The position numbers and the translations under genes were made by a program. Positions 37,050 to 46,553 of a stretch of 64,000 nucleotides of DNA are shown here, piece after piece (position 1 is the first letter of the stretch; each line of letters opens with the position of its first letter). This stretch comes from Fibrobacterales bacterium (lineage in GTDB: Bacteria; Fibrobacterota; Fibrobacteria; Fibrobacterales; CADBQJ01), in the NCBI GenBank assembly GCA_017650365.1, contig JAGCEZ010000055.1, forward strand, positions 7,453-71,452, in the 5' to 3' direction. The notes under the pieces were generated by a model. The model was not told the DNA's origin. It saw nothing but the letters and a program-made list of their open reading frames with translations, and did no database searches.

Positions 37050-38143
37050 ACGCGCTGGACCTCTCCGTCAACCACCCCGTCGGCGACTTCGTCCGCGAAG
37101 TCCTCTTCCCGAACTGCCCGGACCTCGCGTGGGCGGCCAACGGCCTAATCGCCGCCGTCGCGCTGGTCCTCTTCCCGGTCTTCCTCTCCGCGCCGTTCCT
37201 GATCTGGATGGAGCGCAAGGTCTGCGCCCACATGCAGGCGCGGCTCGGCCCGATGCGCCACGGCCCGCACGGCGCGTTCCAGACGATCGCGGACGTGATG
37301 AAGCTGCTCTTCAAGGAGATCGCCCTTCCCGGGAAGATCGACCGTCTCCCCTACCTCCTCGCGCCGGCGATCCCGCTCACCGCCTCGTTCCTCTCGCTCG
37401 CCGTGATTCCGTGGGACCACGACCTGCAGGTCGCCGACCCGGAGCAGGGGATCCTCTACCTCCTCGCCGTCGGCGCGCTCGGGATCCTCGGGATCCTCGT
37501 CGGCGCCTGGGCCTCCAACAGCAAGTTCGCGCTCCTGGGCGCCATGCGCGCCGGCGCGCAGATGCTCTCCTACGAGGTCTCGCTCGGGATCCTGATGCTG
37601 CTGGTCGCGCTCCTTTCCGGCGAAAGCTCGCTGCGCGAGATCGTCCTCTCGCAGCAGGGGACCGCGCTGGACTGGTGGATCTTCAAGGCGCCGGTCGTCG
37701 GGTTCCTCGCCTTCGTCCTCTACCTCGTCTCCTCCACCGCCGAGCTCAACCGCGGCCCGTTCGACCTCGTGGAGGCCGAGCAGGAGCTGACCGCGGGCTA
37801 CCAGACCGAATACTCCGGCATGGGCTTCGCGATGTTCTATCTCGCCGAGTACGTCAACATGGTGATCCAGGCCGCGCTCGTCTCGACCTTCTTCCTCGGC
37901 GGCTTCCTCCCCCTGCAGATCGGGATCGCGCCCGTCGACGGGATCCTCGCGGCCGCGCCCGGAATCGTCTGGATGGTCGCGAAGATCCTCCTGGTCGTCT
38001 TCGTCTACATGTGGTTCCGCTGGAGCTTCCCGCGCCCGCGCATCGACCAGCTGCTCGCGCTGGAGTGGAAGACCCTCGTCCCGGCGAACCTCGTTCTCTT
38101 CGCGCTCGGCGTCCTGCTCGTGTCGCAAGGATGGATACTGTAA
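37046..38143 (+). CDS. nuoH: NADH-quinone oxidoreductase subunit H
   Basis: ..FLIWMERKVCAHMQARLGPMRHGPHGAFQTIADVMKLLFKE.. GTG start in a GTGA overlap with the nuoD stop. Confidence 0.92.
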   Translation: MNALDLSVNHPVGDFVREVLFPNCPDLAWAANGLIAAVALVLFPVFLSAPFLIWMERKVCAHMQARLGPMRHGPHGAFQTIADVMKLLFKEIALPGKIDRLPYLLAPAIPLTASFLSLAVIPWDHDLQVADPEQGILYLLAVGALGILGILVGAWASNSKFALLGAMRAGAQMLSYEVSLGILMLLVALLSGESSLREIVLSQQGTALDWWIFKAPVVGFLAFVLYLVSSTAELNRGPFDLVEAEQELTAGYQTEYSGMGFAMFYLAEYVNMVIQAALVSTFFLGGFLPLQIGIAPVDGILAAAPGIVWMVAKILLVVFVYMWFRWSFPRPRIDQLLALEWKTLVPANLVLFALGVLLVSQGWIL

Positions 38144-38616
38144 TGGCGAAAATCGTCGTCTCCAGGCCTCCGGAAGACGGGCGGATCCGCAGGATCGCGC
38201 GCGGGATCCTCTCCCTGGCCAAGGGGATGGGGGTGACGATGGGCTACTTCCTCCGCCCCTCGCGCGTCGTCACGGAACAGTACCCCGAGAACCGGAAAAC
38301 GCTCAAGATGACCGAACGTTTCCGCGGGAACCTGGAGATGGTCCACGACGAGAACGGCGAGCACGACTGCATCGCCTGCGGGATGTGCGAACGCGCCTGC
38401 CCCAACGCCTCCATCTCGGTGCTTCCCACCAAGAGCCTCGCCGGGAAGAAGGTCCTCGGGCAGTACCTCTGGCGCATGGACTCGTGCACGCTCTGCGGGC
38501 TCTGCGTGGAGGCCTGCCCCACGAACGCGCTGCGGATGGGACGCGAATTCGAGAACGCGACGGACGACAGGAAGACGCTCGTCCGCGTCCTCAACCGGAA
38601 GGAGGGCCGCTCGTGA
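38143..38616 (+). CDS. nuoI: NADH-quinone oxidoreductase subunit I (2x[4Fe-4S])
   Basis: CIACGMCERACP and CTLCGLCVEACP. The ATG overlaps the nuoH TAA by 1 nt. Confidence 0.9.
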   Translation: MAKIVVSRPPEDGRIRRIARGILSLAKGMGVTMGYFLRPSRVVTEQYPENRKTLKMTERFRGNLEMVHDENGEHDCIACGMCERACPNASISVLPTKSLAGKKVLGQYLWRMDSCTLCGLCVEACPTNALRMGREFENATDDRKTLVRVLNRKEGRS

Positions 38617-39158
38617 ACGCGGATCCCGTTTTCCTCGCGGTCGCCGCCGCGATGGTCGCAGGCGCGCTGGGAACCGCGCTGTGCAAGAACGTCCTGCACG
38701 CGGCGCTCTCGCTCGTCCTCTGCTTCTTCGCGACCGCGATCCTCTACCTGCTGCTCCACGCGGAGTTCAACGCCCTCGCGCAGACCATGGTCTACGTCGG
38801 CGGAATCCTGGTCTTCATGGTCTTCGCGATCCTGATGACCTCGCGTCTGGGCGAGAAGGACCTGGAATCCGGGGCGGGGCGGCGCGCGGCCGCCTTGCTC
38901 GTCTCCGGCGCCTTCCTCTTCGCCGTCGTCCAGGCCGTCTCCGGCGCCGAGGAGCTCCTCTCCCTGCGCAAGGCGGCCAACGAGGGCTTCGCCTCGTTCG
39001 GCGACGTCGGGCGCCTGCTCCTCTCCCCCGCCGAGGGCGGCCAGCTGGTCGCCTTCGAACTCGCGACCGCGCTCCTGCTGGCCGCGCTCGTCGGGGTCGT
39101 CGCCGTGGCGCGCCGCCCCGCCCCGAAATCCGATCCCGAAGAGGAGGAACGCCGATGA
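38613..39158 (+). CDS. nuoJ: NADH-quinone oxidoreductase subunit J
   Basis: GTGA overlap with the nuoI stop. ..HAEFNALAQTMVYVGGILVFMVFAILM.. membrane protein, in the conserved operon position. Confidence 0.85.
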   Translation: MNADPVFLAVAAAMVAGALGTALCKNVLHAALSLVLCFFATAILYLLLHAEFNALAQTMVYVGGILVFMVFAILMTSRLGEKDLESGAGRRAAALLVSGAFLFAVVQAVSGAEELLSLRKAANEGFASFGDVGRLLLSPAEGGQLVAFELATALLLAALVGVVAVARRPAPKSDPEEEERR

Positions 39159-39469
39159 CCGGATTCTCCCTCTCCGCGGTCCTGGTCCTCGCGGCCCTGC
39201 TCTTCGCCGTCGGGCTCTACGGCCTGCTGAGCCGCCGGAACCTGATCGGCATGCTGCTCTGCGTCGAGCTGATGCTCAACGCCGCGAACGTCAACCTGGT
39301 CGCCTTCGCGCGCTTCGAAAGCGGAGACCCCGCCTCCGGCGCGCTCCTCTCCGTCTTCTCCATCGCGATCGCCGGCGCCGAGATGGCCGTGGCGCTCGCG
39401 ATCCTGGTCGCCATGCACCGCCGGCGCCGCACGCTCGACGCCGACGAACTCAACGAGCTGCAGGGGTAG
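39155..39469 (+). CDS. nuoK: NADH-quinone oxidoreductase subunit K
   Basis: 104 aa. ..NLIGMLLCVELMLNAANVNLVAF.. ATGA overlap with the nuoJ stop. Confidence 0.9.
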   Translation: MTGFSLSAVLVLAALLFAVGLYGLLSRRNLIGMLLCVELMLNAANVNLVAFARFESGDPASGALLSVFSIAIAGAEMAVALAILVAMHRRRRTLDADELNELQG

Positions 39470-39472
39470 GAA

Positions 39473-41455
39473 ATGGAAAACGCCGCCGCCCTCCCCTTCG
39501 CCCTGCGCCACGTCTGGATCGTCCTGGCGCTGCCGCTGCTCTCCTTCGTCCTGAACGGGCTCTGGACCTGCCGGAAGAAGGAGTCGTGGAGCGGCCCGAT
39601 TTCGACCGTCCTGGCCGGCGCCAACTGGATCTTCGGCACGCTCTGCGTCTGGCAGTGGTGGAAGGCCTCCGCGGGGCTCCCGGGCCGTTCGATGGTCCCG
39701 TGGTCGTTCGACTGGCTGACGTTCGGGCAGCTCGGGACGTTCCGCCCGCTGACCGCCGGGATCGGCGCCCTGCTCGACCCGATCTCCGCGATGATGGTCT
39801 TCGTCGTCGCCACGATCGCCTTCTTCGTCCACGTCTACTCCATCGGCTACATGCGCGAAGACCCGGCCCGCGGCCGCTTCTTCCCGCTGCTCTCGCTCTT
39901 CGCCTTCGCGATGCTCGGCCTGGTCCTGGCGACCAACGTCTTCCAGATGTACGTCTTCTGGGAGCTCGTCGGCGTCTCCTCCTACCAGCTGATCGGCTTC
40001 TGGTACCACAAGCCCTCGGCGGTCGCCGCGTCGAAGAAGGCGTTCATCGTCACCCGCTTCGCCGACGCCTTCTTCCTGCTGGGAATCGTGGTCCTCGCCT
40101 GGGTCGTCCGCAGCTTCGACTTCTCCGTCCTCAACTCCGCCGCCGCGGCCGAAGCGCTCCTGCGCCCGGTCTCCTTCGGCTTCTTCGAGGCGCCCGCCCT
40201 GCCGGTCGCCGCAGCGCTGGTCTTCGCCGGCGGCTGGGGCAAGTCGGCGATGTTCCCGCTCCACATCTGGCTGCCCGACGCGATGGAGGGCCCCACGCCG
40301 GTCTCCTCCATCATCCACTCCGCGACGATGGTCGTCGCCGGCGTCTTCCTCTCCGCGCGGATGTTCCCGCTCTTCTCCGCGGTCCCCTCCGTCATGGGGC
40401 TGATCGCCTTCGTCGGGGCCTTCACCGCCGCCTTCGCGGCCGTCGTCGCGATCGCGCAGCAGGACATCAAGCGCATCCTCGCCTTCTCCACGCTCTCGCA
40501 GATCGGCTACATGCTCTTCGCGCTCGGCGCGGCGGCCGTCTGCGGCGGCGGGGTCCTCGTCGCCGGATACTCCGCGTCGATGTTCCACGTCTTCACGCAC
40601 GCCTTCTTCAAGTGCCTGCTCTTCCTGGTCGCCGGGTCGGTGATCCACGTCGCGGGGAACAACATGCTCTCGTGCATGGGCGGCCTCCGGACGAAGATGC
40701 CGCTCACCTACCTCTCCGCGCTCGCCGCGACGCTCGCCATCTCCGGGATCCCGCCCTTCTCCGGGTTCTGGTCGAAGGACGAGATCGTCGCCTCCGCGTT
40801 CCAGGCCGGGCACCCGGTCCTCGGGACGGTCGGGCTGCTCGTGGGGGCGCTCACCGCCTTCTACATGTTCCGCTTCTTCTTCCTGATCTTCCACGGCGAA
40901 GCGCGGAGCGACCGTTCGCACGCGCACGAGGACCGCTGGATGACCTTCCCGATCGTCTGCCTCGCGATCCCCTCGCTCTGCGCCGGCATCCTCGCGAAGC
41001 CGCTGTTCGAAAGCGCGTTCAGGCCGCGGCTCCTGCCCTGGGTCCAGGCCGTCGAGGGGACGCACGCGGCGTTCGTCCCCGTCGCCGCGACGCTGCTCGC
41101 GCTCCTGGGCGCGGTCGCGGCCTGGTTCCTCTACTGCGGACCGAAGGCGGACGTCGCCCGCGCGCTCGACGCGGAGCACCGCCCCGCCTGGTACCGGCTG
41201 GTCTACCGCAAGTTCTGCATCGACGAGATCTGGCTCTTCGTCGTGCGGAGGATCCTCTTCGAACGCGTCGCCGCGCCGATCAAGTGGTTCGACCGCAAGA
41301 TCGTGGACGGGGCGATGAACCTCGTCGGCAAGTCCGTCGTCCTGGCGGGCTGGTGCGTGAACGCCCTCCAGAACGGCAGCCTGGCGACCGCGCTCGCCTT
41401 CGCCGCCGGCGGCTTCATCCTCGTCTGGCTCCTGGCCGGAAACCTCTTCCCGTAG
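39473..41455 (+). CDS. nuoL: NADH-quinone oxidoreductase subunit L
   Basis: 660 aa antiporter-like subunit. ..YVFWELVGVSSYQLIGFWYHKPSA.., ..WLPDAMEGPTPVSSIIHSATMVVAGVF.. Confidence 0.92.
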   Translation: MENAAALPFALRHVWIVLALPLLSFVLNGLWTCRKKESWSGPISTVLAGANWIFGTLCVWQWWKASAGLPGRSMVPWSFDWLTFGQLGTFRPLTAGIGALLDPISAMMVFVVATIAFFVHVYSIGYMREDPARGRFFPLLSLFAFAMLGLVLATNVFQMYVFWELVGVSSYQLIGFWYHKPSAVAASKKAFIVTRFADAFFLLGIVVLAWVVRSFDFSVLNSAAAAEALLRPVSFGFFEAPALPVAAALVFAGGWGKSAMFPLHIWLPDAMEGPTPVSSIIHSATMVVAGVFLSARMFPLFSAVPSVMGLIAFVGAFTAAFAAVVAIAQQDIKRILAFSTLSQIGYMLFALGAAAVCGGGVLVAGYSASMFHVFTHAFFKCLLFLVAGSVIHVAGNNMLSCMGGLRTKMPLTYLSALAATLAISGIPPFSGFWSKDEIVASAFQAGHPVLGTVGLLVGALTAFYMFRFFFLIFHGEARSDRSHAHEDRWMTFPIVCLAIPSLCAGILAKPLFESAFRPRLLPWVQAVEGTHAAFVPVAATLLALLGAVAAWFLYCGPKADVARALDAEHRPAWYRLVYRKFCIDEIWLFVVRRILFERVAAPIKWFDRKIVDGAMNLVGKSVVLAGWCVNALQNGSLATALAFAAGGFILVWLLAGNLFP

Positions 41456-41465
41456 CGAGGCGCCG

Positions 41466-42986
41466 ATGTCGAGTCCCCTTCTCCTCTCCGCAATCTGGGT
41501 CGTGCCGCTCCTCGCGGCCTTCGCCACGCTCTTCCTGAAGCGCGACGACCACCTCGCGGTCAAGCTGGTCCACGCCGTCTGCCACGGCGGCAACCTCCTC
41601 CTGGCGATCAGCCTCCTCGTCTCCTTCCTCGCGGAGACGGAGGGCGCGCTCCCGGCGTCGGGCACCGTCACGCAGCTCCATTTCGCGATGGACAGGATCT
41701 GGATCCCCGCGCTCAACATCCACTACAACGTCGGCGTGGACGGGCTCTCCATGCTGATGATCCTCCTGACCGCCATGATCATCTTCGCGGGCGTCTTCGC
41801 GAGCTGGGGGATCAGGGACCGCGCGCGGGAGTTCTTCATTCTCCTGGACCTGCTGGTGGCCGGCGTCTACGGCACCTTCATGAGCTTCGACCTCTTCGCG
41901 CTCTTCCTCTTCTACGAAGTGGCCGTGCTCCCGATGTACCTGCTGATCGGCGTCTGGGGGACGGGGCGGAAGGAATACTCCGCGATGAAGCTGACGCTGA
42001 TGCTCGTCGCGGGCTCGGCGCTCCTGATGGGCGGGATCCTCGCGCTCTACTTCGGGAGCCACCTGCAGACGTTCGACCTGAACGTCCTGTCGCAGTACCC
42101 CTTCCCGCGCTCCTTCCAGCGGCTCTTCTTCCCGATCCTCTTCTTCGGGTTCGGCGTCCTCTCCGCGATCTTCCCCTTCCACACCTGGTCGCCCGACGGC
42201 CACGCGAGCGCGCCCACCGCGGTCTCGATGCTCCACGCCGGCGTGCTGATGAAGCTCGGCGGCTACGGCATCCTCCGCGTGGCGATGTACGTCCTGCCCG
42301 AGGGGGCGACGGAATGGTTCCCCTGGCTGATCCTCCCGATCGCGGTGAACGTCGCCTACGGCCCCTTCGTCGCCCTGCGCCAGCGCGACCTGAAGTACAT
42401 CACCGCCTACTCCTCGGTCTCGCACCTCGGCCTGGTGCTGCTCGGGCTCGCGGTCTGCACCTTCACCGGCATCAAGGGCTCCGCGATGCAGATGATCTCG
42501 CACGGCCTCCTCACCGGGCTCTTCTTCGCGCTGATCGGGATGATCTACGGCCGCACGCACACGCGCAACGTGGACGAGATGGGCGGCCTGATGAAGAGGA
42601 TGCCGTTCCTGGGCGTCTCGTTCGTGCTGGCGGGCTTCGCGGGGCTCGGGCTTCCGGGCCTCTCCGGCTTCGTGGCCGAATCGACGATCTTCCTCGGCGC
42701 CTTCGAGAACCCCTCCGCGGTCGTCCGCGGCTGCACGGTCGTCGCGATCCTGAGCATCGTCACCACCGCGGTCTACATCCTCCGCGCGGCCAACCGCATG
42801 CTCCACGGCCCGCTGCCCGAAAGGTTCGGGACGCTGACCGACGCGGTCTGGAACGAACGGCTCGCCGTGATCGTCCTCCTGATCGGCCTCTTCGGCATGG
42901 GCCTCTTCCCGGGCTGGATCGCCGACGCGCTCGACGGTTCCGTCGCCCCCCTGTTCAACAACCTCGTCCGGGCGGTGGTTCCATGA
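41466..42986 (+). CDS. nuoM: NADH-quinone oxidoreductase subunit M
   Basis: 506 aa. ..FPFHTWSPDGHASAPTAVSMLHAGVLMKLGGYG.. Confidence 0.92.
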   Translation: MSSPLLLSAIWVVPLLAAFATLFLKRDDHLAVKLVHAVCHGGNLLLAISLLVSFLAETEGALPASGTVTQLHFAMDRIWIPALNIHYNVGVDGLSMLMILLTAMIIFAGVFASWGIRDRAREFFILLDLLVAGVYGTFMSFDLFALFLFYEVAVLPMYLLIGVWGTGRKEYSAMKLTLMLVAGSALLMGGILALYFGSHLQTFDLNVLSQYPFPRSFQRLFFPILFFGFGVLSAIFPFHTWSPDGHASAPTAVSMLHAGVLMKLGGYGILRVAMYVLPEGATEWFPWLILPIAVNVAYGPFVALRQRDLKYITAYSSVSHLGLVLLGLAVCTFTGIKGSAMQMISHGLLTGLFFALIGMIYGRTHTRNVDEMGGLMKRMPFLGVSFVLAGFAGLGLPGLSGFVAESTIFLGAFENPSAVVRGCTVVAILSIVTTAVYILRAANRMLHGPLPERFGTLTDAVWNERLAVIVLLIGLFGMGLFPGWIADALDGSVAPLFNNLVRAVVP

Positions 42987-44416
42987 CGCTGCCGAGCATC
43001 CTTCCCGACGTCGCGCTCCTGGCGCTCGCCGCCCTCCTGCTTCTGGCCGGGCTGGCCGGGAACGAAAAGTCCGAACGGCTCGCCTTCCCCGCGGCGATCG
43101 GCGGGACCGCGCTCCTCTTCCTCCTCTCGCTCCTCGTCCAGCCCTCCCCGGAGAAGTTCCTCGGCTGCTGGAGCGTCACCCCGGCCGGGCTCCACTTCCG
43201 CCAGCTCTTCCTCTTCGCGACGCTCCTGGTCGAGGCGTTCGCGCGCTCCTACTTCCGCCGCGGCGGCGACGGGAAGGGACCGCTGGAGCGCGGGAGCGAG
43301 TTCCTCGCGACGCTGCACCTGGTCCTGCTCGGCGCGTTCGCCGTCGTCTCGGTCGACAACCTGCTCGCGCTCTTCGTCGGGCTTGAGCTCGCCACCATTC
43401 CGCTCTACTGCCTCGTCGCGTGGAGGGCGGGCGACCGCCGCGGGGGCGAGGCCGCCGTGAAGTACGTCGTCATGGGCGCCGGCGCCTCCTGCTTCGACCT
43501 CTTCTCCTTCTCCTACCTCTACGGCCTCGCCGGCTCGCTCGACTTCGGCGCGGTCGCCACGCGCGTCGCCTCCATCCAGGACGGCTCCGGCTCCTCGGGC
43601 CTGCTGCGCGTCGCCGTCGCGGCGCTCTTCGCGGGCGTCGGCTTCAAGCTGACGATCTTCCCCTTCCAGATGTGGGCCCCGGACGTCTACGAGGGGGCGC
43701 CCACGCCGGTCACGCTCCTCCTCTCCGTCGTCTCCAAGTCGGCCGCGGTCGCCTTCCTGCTCGTCCTGATGCACGGCCCGCTCGCCCCCGCGCTCGCCAA
43801 GACGCAGGAGCTGGTCCTCCTCCTCTCCGCGCTGACGATGACCGTCGGCAACCTCGGCGCCATCCACCAGCGCCACCTGCGCCGCTTCATGGCCTACTCC
43901 TCCGTCGCGCAGGCCGGCTTCATCCTCGCCGCGCTCGTCGGGCCGGCGGACCGCGCGACGGGCGCCGCGCTCTTCTACCTCTTCGTCTACGCCGCGACCA
44001 ACACGCTCGCCTTCGCCGTCTTCGCCGTCGCGGGCGAGGAGCGCGGCGAGACCTTCGAATGCCTGCGCGGCCTCTCCCGGCGCTCGCCCGCGCTCGCCGG
44101 GATCCTCGCGGTCTGCATGTTCTCGCTCGCGGGAATCCCCCCGGTCGCCGGGTTCGTCGGGAAGTTCTTCCTCTTCTCCTCCGCGGCCTCCGCGGGGCAT
44201 TACCTCTTCGTCGTCTTCGCCGCGCTCAACGGCACGCTCTCGCTCTACTACTACCTGCACGTGCTCCGCGAGGCCTACATCGTCCCCGAAGAGGAGGGGA
44301 AGGAAAACGGGGCGCTCCGCGTCGACCCGCTCCAGAAAGTCCTGCTCGGGTGCCTCCTCCTCGCCGTGGTCCTCCTGGGCCTCCTGCCGCAGCTCTCCGA
44401 CTTCCTCTCGCGCTAG
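42983..44416 (+). CDS. nuoN: NADH-quinone oxidoreductase subunit N
   Basis: ATGA overlap with the nuoM stop. ..FPFQMWAPDVYEGAPTPVTLLLSVVSKSAAV.. Confidence 0.9.
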   Translation: MTLPSILPDVALLALAALLLLAGLAGNEKSERLAFPAAIGGTALLFLLSLLVQPSPEKFLGCWSVTPAGLHFRQLFLFATLLVEAFARSYFRRGGDGKGPLERGSEFLATLHLVLLGAFAVVSVDNLLALFVGLELATIPLYCLVAWRAGDRRGGEAAVKYVVMGAGASCFDLFSFSYLYGLAGSLDFGAVATRVASIQDGSGSSGLLRVAVAALFAGVGFKLTIFPFQMWAPDVYEGAPTPVTLLLSVVSKSAAVAFLLVLMHGPLAPALAKTQELVLLLSALTMTVGNLGAIHQRHLRRFMAYSSVAQAGFILAALVGPADRATGAALFYLFVYAATNTLAFAVFAVAGEERGETFECLRGLSRRSPALAGILAVCMFSLAGIPPVAGFVGKFFLFSSAASAGHYLFVVFAALNGTLSLYYYLHVLREAYIVPEEEGKENGALRVDPLQKVLLGCLLLAVVLLGLLPQLSDFLSR

Positions 44417-44429
44417 GCGCGGGAGGGGC

Positions 44430-45122
44430 TCAGATTTCGACCAGGGTCGGCTCGTAGGCGACTTCGTAGCGTTCGTCGAGCCTGGAGACGTTGCAGACTC
44501 TGCTGGATTCGAAATCGACGCCGCCGTGCCGTCCCGTGTGGATGTGCCCGCAGAAGACGAAGCGCGGACGCTTCGCGGCGATGGCATTGGCCAGTTCCGG
44601 CGAACCGAACGGCCCGGCGCCGGTCTGGAGCGAAAAGTCAACGTCGCATTCGGGGATGTGCGGCGGGGAATGCGTCACCAGCACGTCGAGATCGGCCGGA
44701 ATCTTCGAGAAACGGCGCTTGAGCGCGGCCGGATCGGCCTCGAACGCCCACGACCAGGAGATGATCGGCACCCACGGCGTGCCGTAGAACTTCACGCCGT
44801 CGATTTCCACGCCCTTGTCGACGAGGAAATGGACGTTCGGCGAAAAACCGTATTTCCAGTCGAAGCCGCGGATTCCCCTGAACCGCTTGCGCGCAATCGG
44901 AAAGAAGTCGTGGTTGCCGGGAATGACGACGAAACGCACGTCGGGATGGGCGGACGTCCATTCGCGAAAGCGCGTGTTGATCCACTGCCTCTGGAGATCG
45001 ATGTTCCAGGGGTCGAACCCCCTCAACGGCGCGATGTCGCCCGCGATGACGACGACGTCGGCTCCCTTCGGGTCAAGCCCTTCCAGGTTGCCGTGCAAAT
45101 CCGATGTGGCCAGAATCCTCAT
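44430..45122 (-). CDS. Calcineurin-like metallophosphoesterase
   Basis: MRILATSDLHGNL.., VVIAGDIAP, VIPGNHDF, VTHSPP, CGHIHTG motifs. GGAAGGAGAG SD. Confidence 0.85.
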   Translation of the reverse strand: MRILATSDLHGNLEGLDPKGADVVVIAGDIAPLRGFDPWNIDLQRQWINTRFREWTSAHPDVRFVVIPGNHDFFPIARKRFRGIRGFDWKYGFSPNVHFLVDKGVEIDGVKFYGTPWVPIISWSWAFEADPAALKRRFSKIPADLDVLVTHSPPHIPECDVDFSLQTGAGPFGSPELANAIAAKRPRFVFCGHIHTGRHGGVDFESSRVCNVSRLDERYEVAYEPTLVEI

Positions 45123-45295
45123 GTCTCTCCTTCCCCCGTTTCTGCATCCAATCTATAAAGCGGTAGCCGGAAAACGGAACAAACATCTCCTGTTCCGTGC
45201 GGCAGGCTTTAAACGGAAGTTTATCCGGCCAAAACCTCCTCCTGTTTTTACAGGATAAGCTTCCTTTTGGCCATATATCAACTTCCCCGTTTGGC

Positions 45296-45303
45296 TATTT
45301 TTT
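45296..45303 (+). promoter_or_regulatory. Candidate -7 box TATTTTTT for lipoprotein A
   Basis: 32 nt before ATG 45336, with an AGAGG SD between. Confidence 0.4.
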
Positions 45304-45335
45304 CCGGGGAAACGAACCAACCACCAGAGGTCCCC

Positions 45336-46523
45336 ATGACCGCTCGCAATTCGCTTCTCTCCCTCGCCGCCGCCCTCGCGCTCGGCTGCCTCGTCTCCTG
45401 CGGAGACTCCACGGGCGGATCCGGCGGATCGAACGGTTCGGGCAGCGTCTCCGGCGTCAAAAGCAGCATCAAGGTCGTGGGCGACACCATCCGCTACACC
45501 GAAGAGCGGACCGTCAAGATCTACTCCGTCGACGAAGAGGCGCGCGTCATGCTCGCCAGATCGCCCCAGGAGAACTACTGCGTCCGCGAAGACGGAGTCC
45601 TGTCGTGGGAGACCGTGAAGGAACTCCCCGACACGATGACGCTCTCATACAGCTTCGGCACGATCCCCGGCGAACTCGTCGGGTTCCTGGAGCAGAATGG
45701 CTACGACGTCGAAGGCCGGGTCGTGCTTTACCTGTTCGAAGACGAATACTACGCGAACATCTTCCTGGGGAGAGACTCCTCCACCATCTTCGGCGAATGG
45801 CAGGAGACCCCCTGCTACGTTGATCTGGACTACTACGGCGGCGGCGTCGGTTGCGACGACACCGTCGTCGAAGGGACCTTGAAGATCGGGAATGGCTCGG
45901 TGACGGAAAAGAGCACGACCAGCGTCTCCAAGAACTACTGGATGTACGACAAGCCCTTCCGCTCCGCCTTCATGGGCTCGCTCTACGAACGGCTGGCCAC
46001 GGGCCGCGCCTGGCCCCAGCTCTACCCGCACGAGATGTTTACGGAAGACTCCGTCGAAGTCCTGAAGGTCATGGGCGACTACATGATTGCGGTCAAGGAA
46101 CAGACGGCGAAGTCGCAGACGTTCGAAATCGACGGAAAGAGCTACACGGCCAGGATTCTCAAGAGTTCCGCCGACTACCGCGGCTACGCCGGCGGCCTGG
46201 ACTACTCCGTCGACATGGAAGTCGCCGACGAATCCGAGACCTGCCGGATCACCGTCCGCTCGATTTCCAAAGTCGACGGGGAATACTGCGCCGACAAGTA
46301 TATGGACAACTACGAATGGGACTCCGAGTGGGACTACGACGACAACGAGTTCGAATACGCGGACGCGATTCTCTGGAGCAACGCCGAAGAACACGGCGCC
46401 TGTCTGAAGCGCATCGCCGCCCGCGGGAGCGACGCCGCGCCCGCCGTCGCCAAGGCCGCCCGCAGGACCGCCGCGAACAAGATCCAGATCCGCCCCGCCA
46501 AGAAACGGCTCTTCGCCCGCTAG
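45336..46523 (+). CDS. Lipoprotein of unknown family (paralog A)
   Basis: MTARNSLLSLAAALALGCLVSC/GDS lipobox, Gly/Ser linker. Colinear with the downstream paralog (shared GDTIRY.EER, LGRDSS..FGEW, TPCY, EKSQTF, GGLDYS, ETCRI, GNEFEYAD, AC.KRIAA). AGAGG SD before ATG 45336. Confidence 0.7.
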   Translation: MTARNSLLSLAAALALGCLVSCGDSTGGSGGSNGSGSVSGVKSSIKVVGDTIRYTEERTVKIYSVDEEARVMLARSPQENYCVREDGVLSWETVKELPDTMTLSYSFGTIPGELVGFLEQNGYDVEGRVVLYLFEDEYYANIFLGRDSSTIFGEWQETPCYVDLDYYGGGVGCDDTVVEGTLKIGNGSVTEKSTTSVSKNYWMYDKPFRSAFMGSLYERLATGRAWPQLYPHEMFTEDSVEVLKVMGDYMIAVKEQTAKSQTFEIDGKSYTARILKSSADYRGYAGGLDYSVDMEVADESETCRITVRSISKVDGEYCADKYMDNYEWDSEWDYDDNEFEYADAILWSNAEEHGACLKRIAARGSDAAPAVAKAARRTAANKIQIRPAKKRLFAR

Positions 46524-46553
46524 CCGGGCGCGCCGACCACGTTCGTTTCGGAG

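Noticed and set aside
38792-44641. Minus ORFs 38792..41719 (975 aa), 41415..42806, 42773..44641 and plus ORF 39586..41538
   Set aside because: Antisense or out-of-frame shadows of nuoJ-nuoN. The translations are acidic/basic low complexity rather than membrane proteins.
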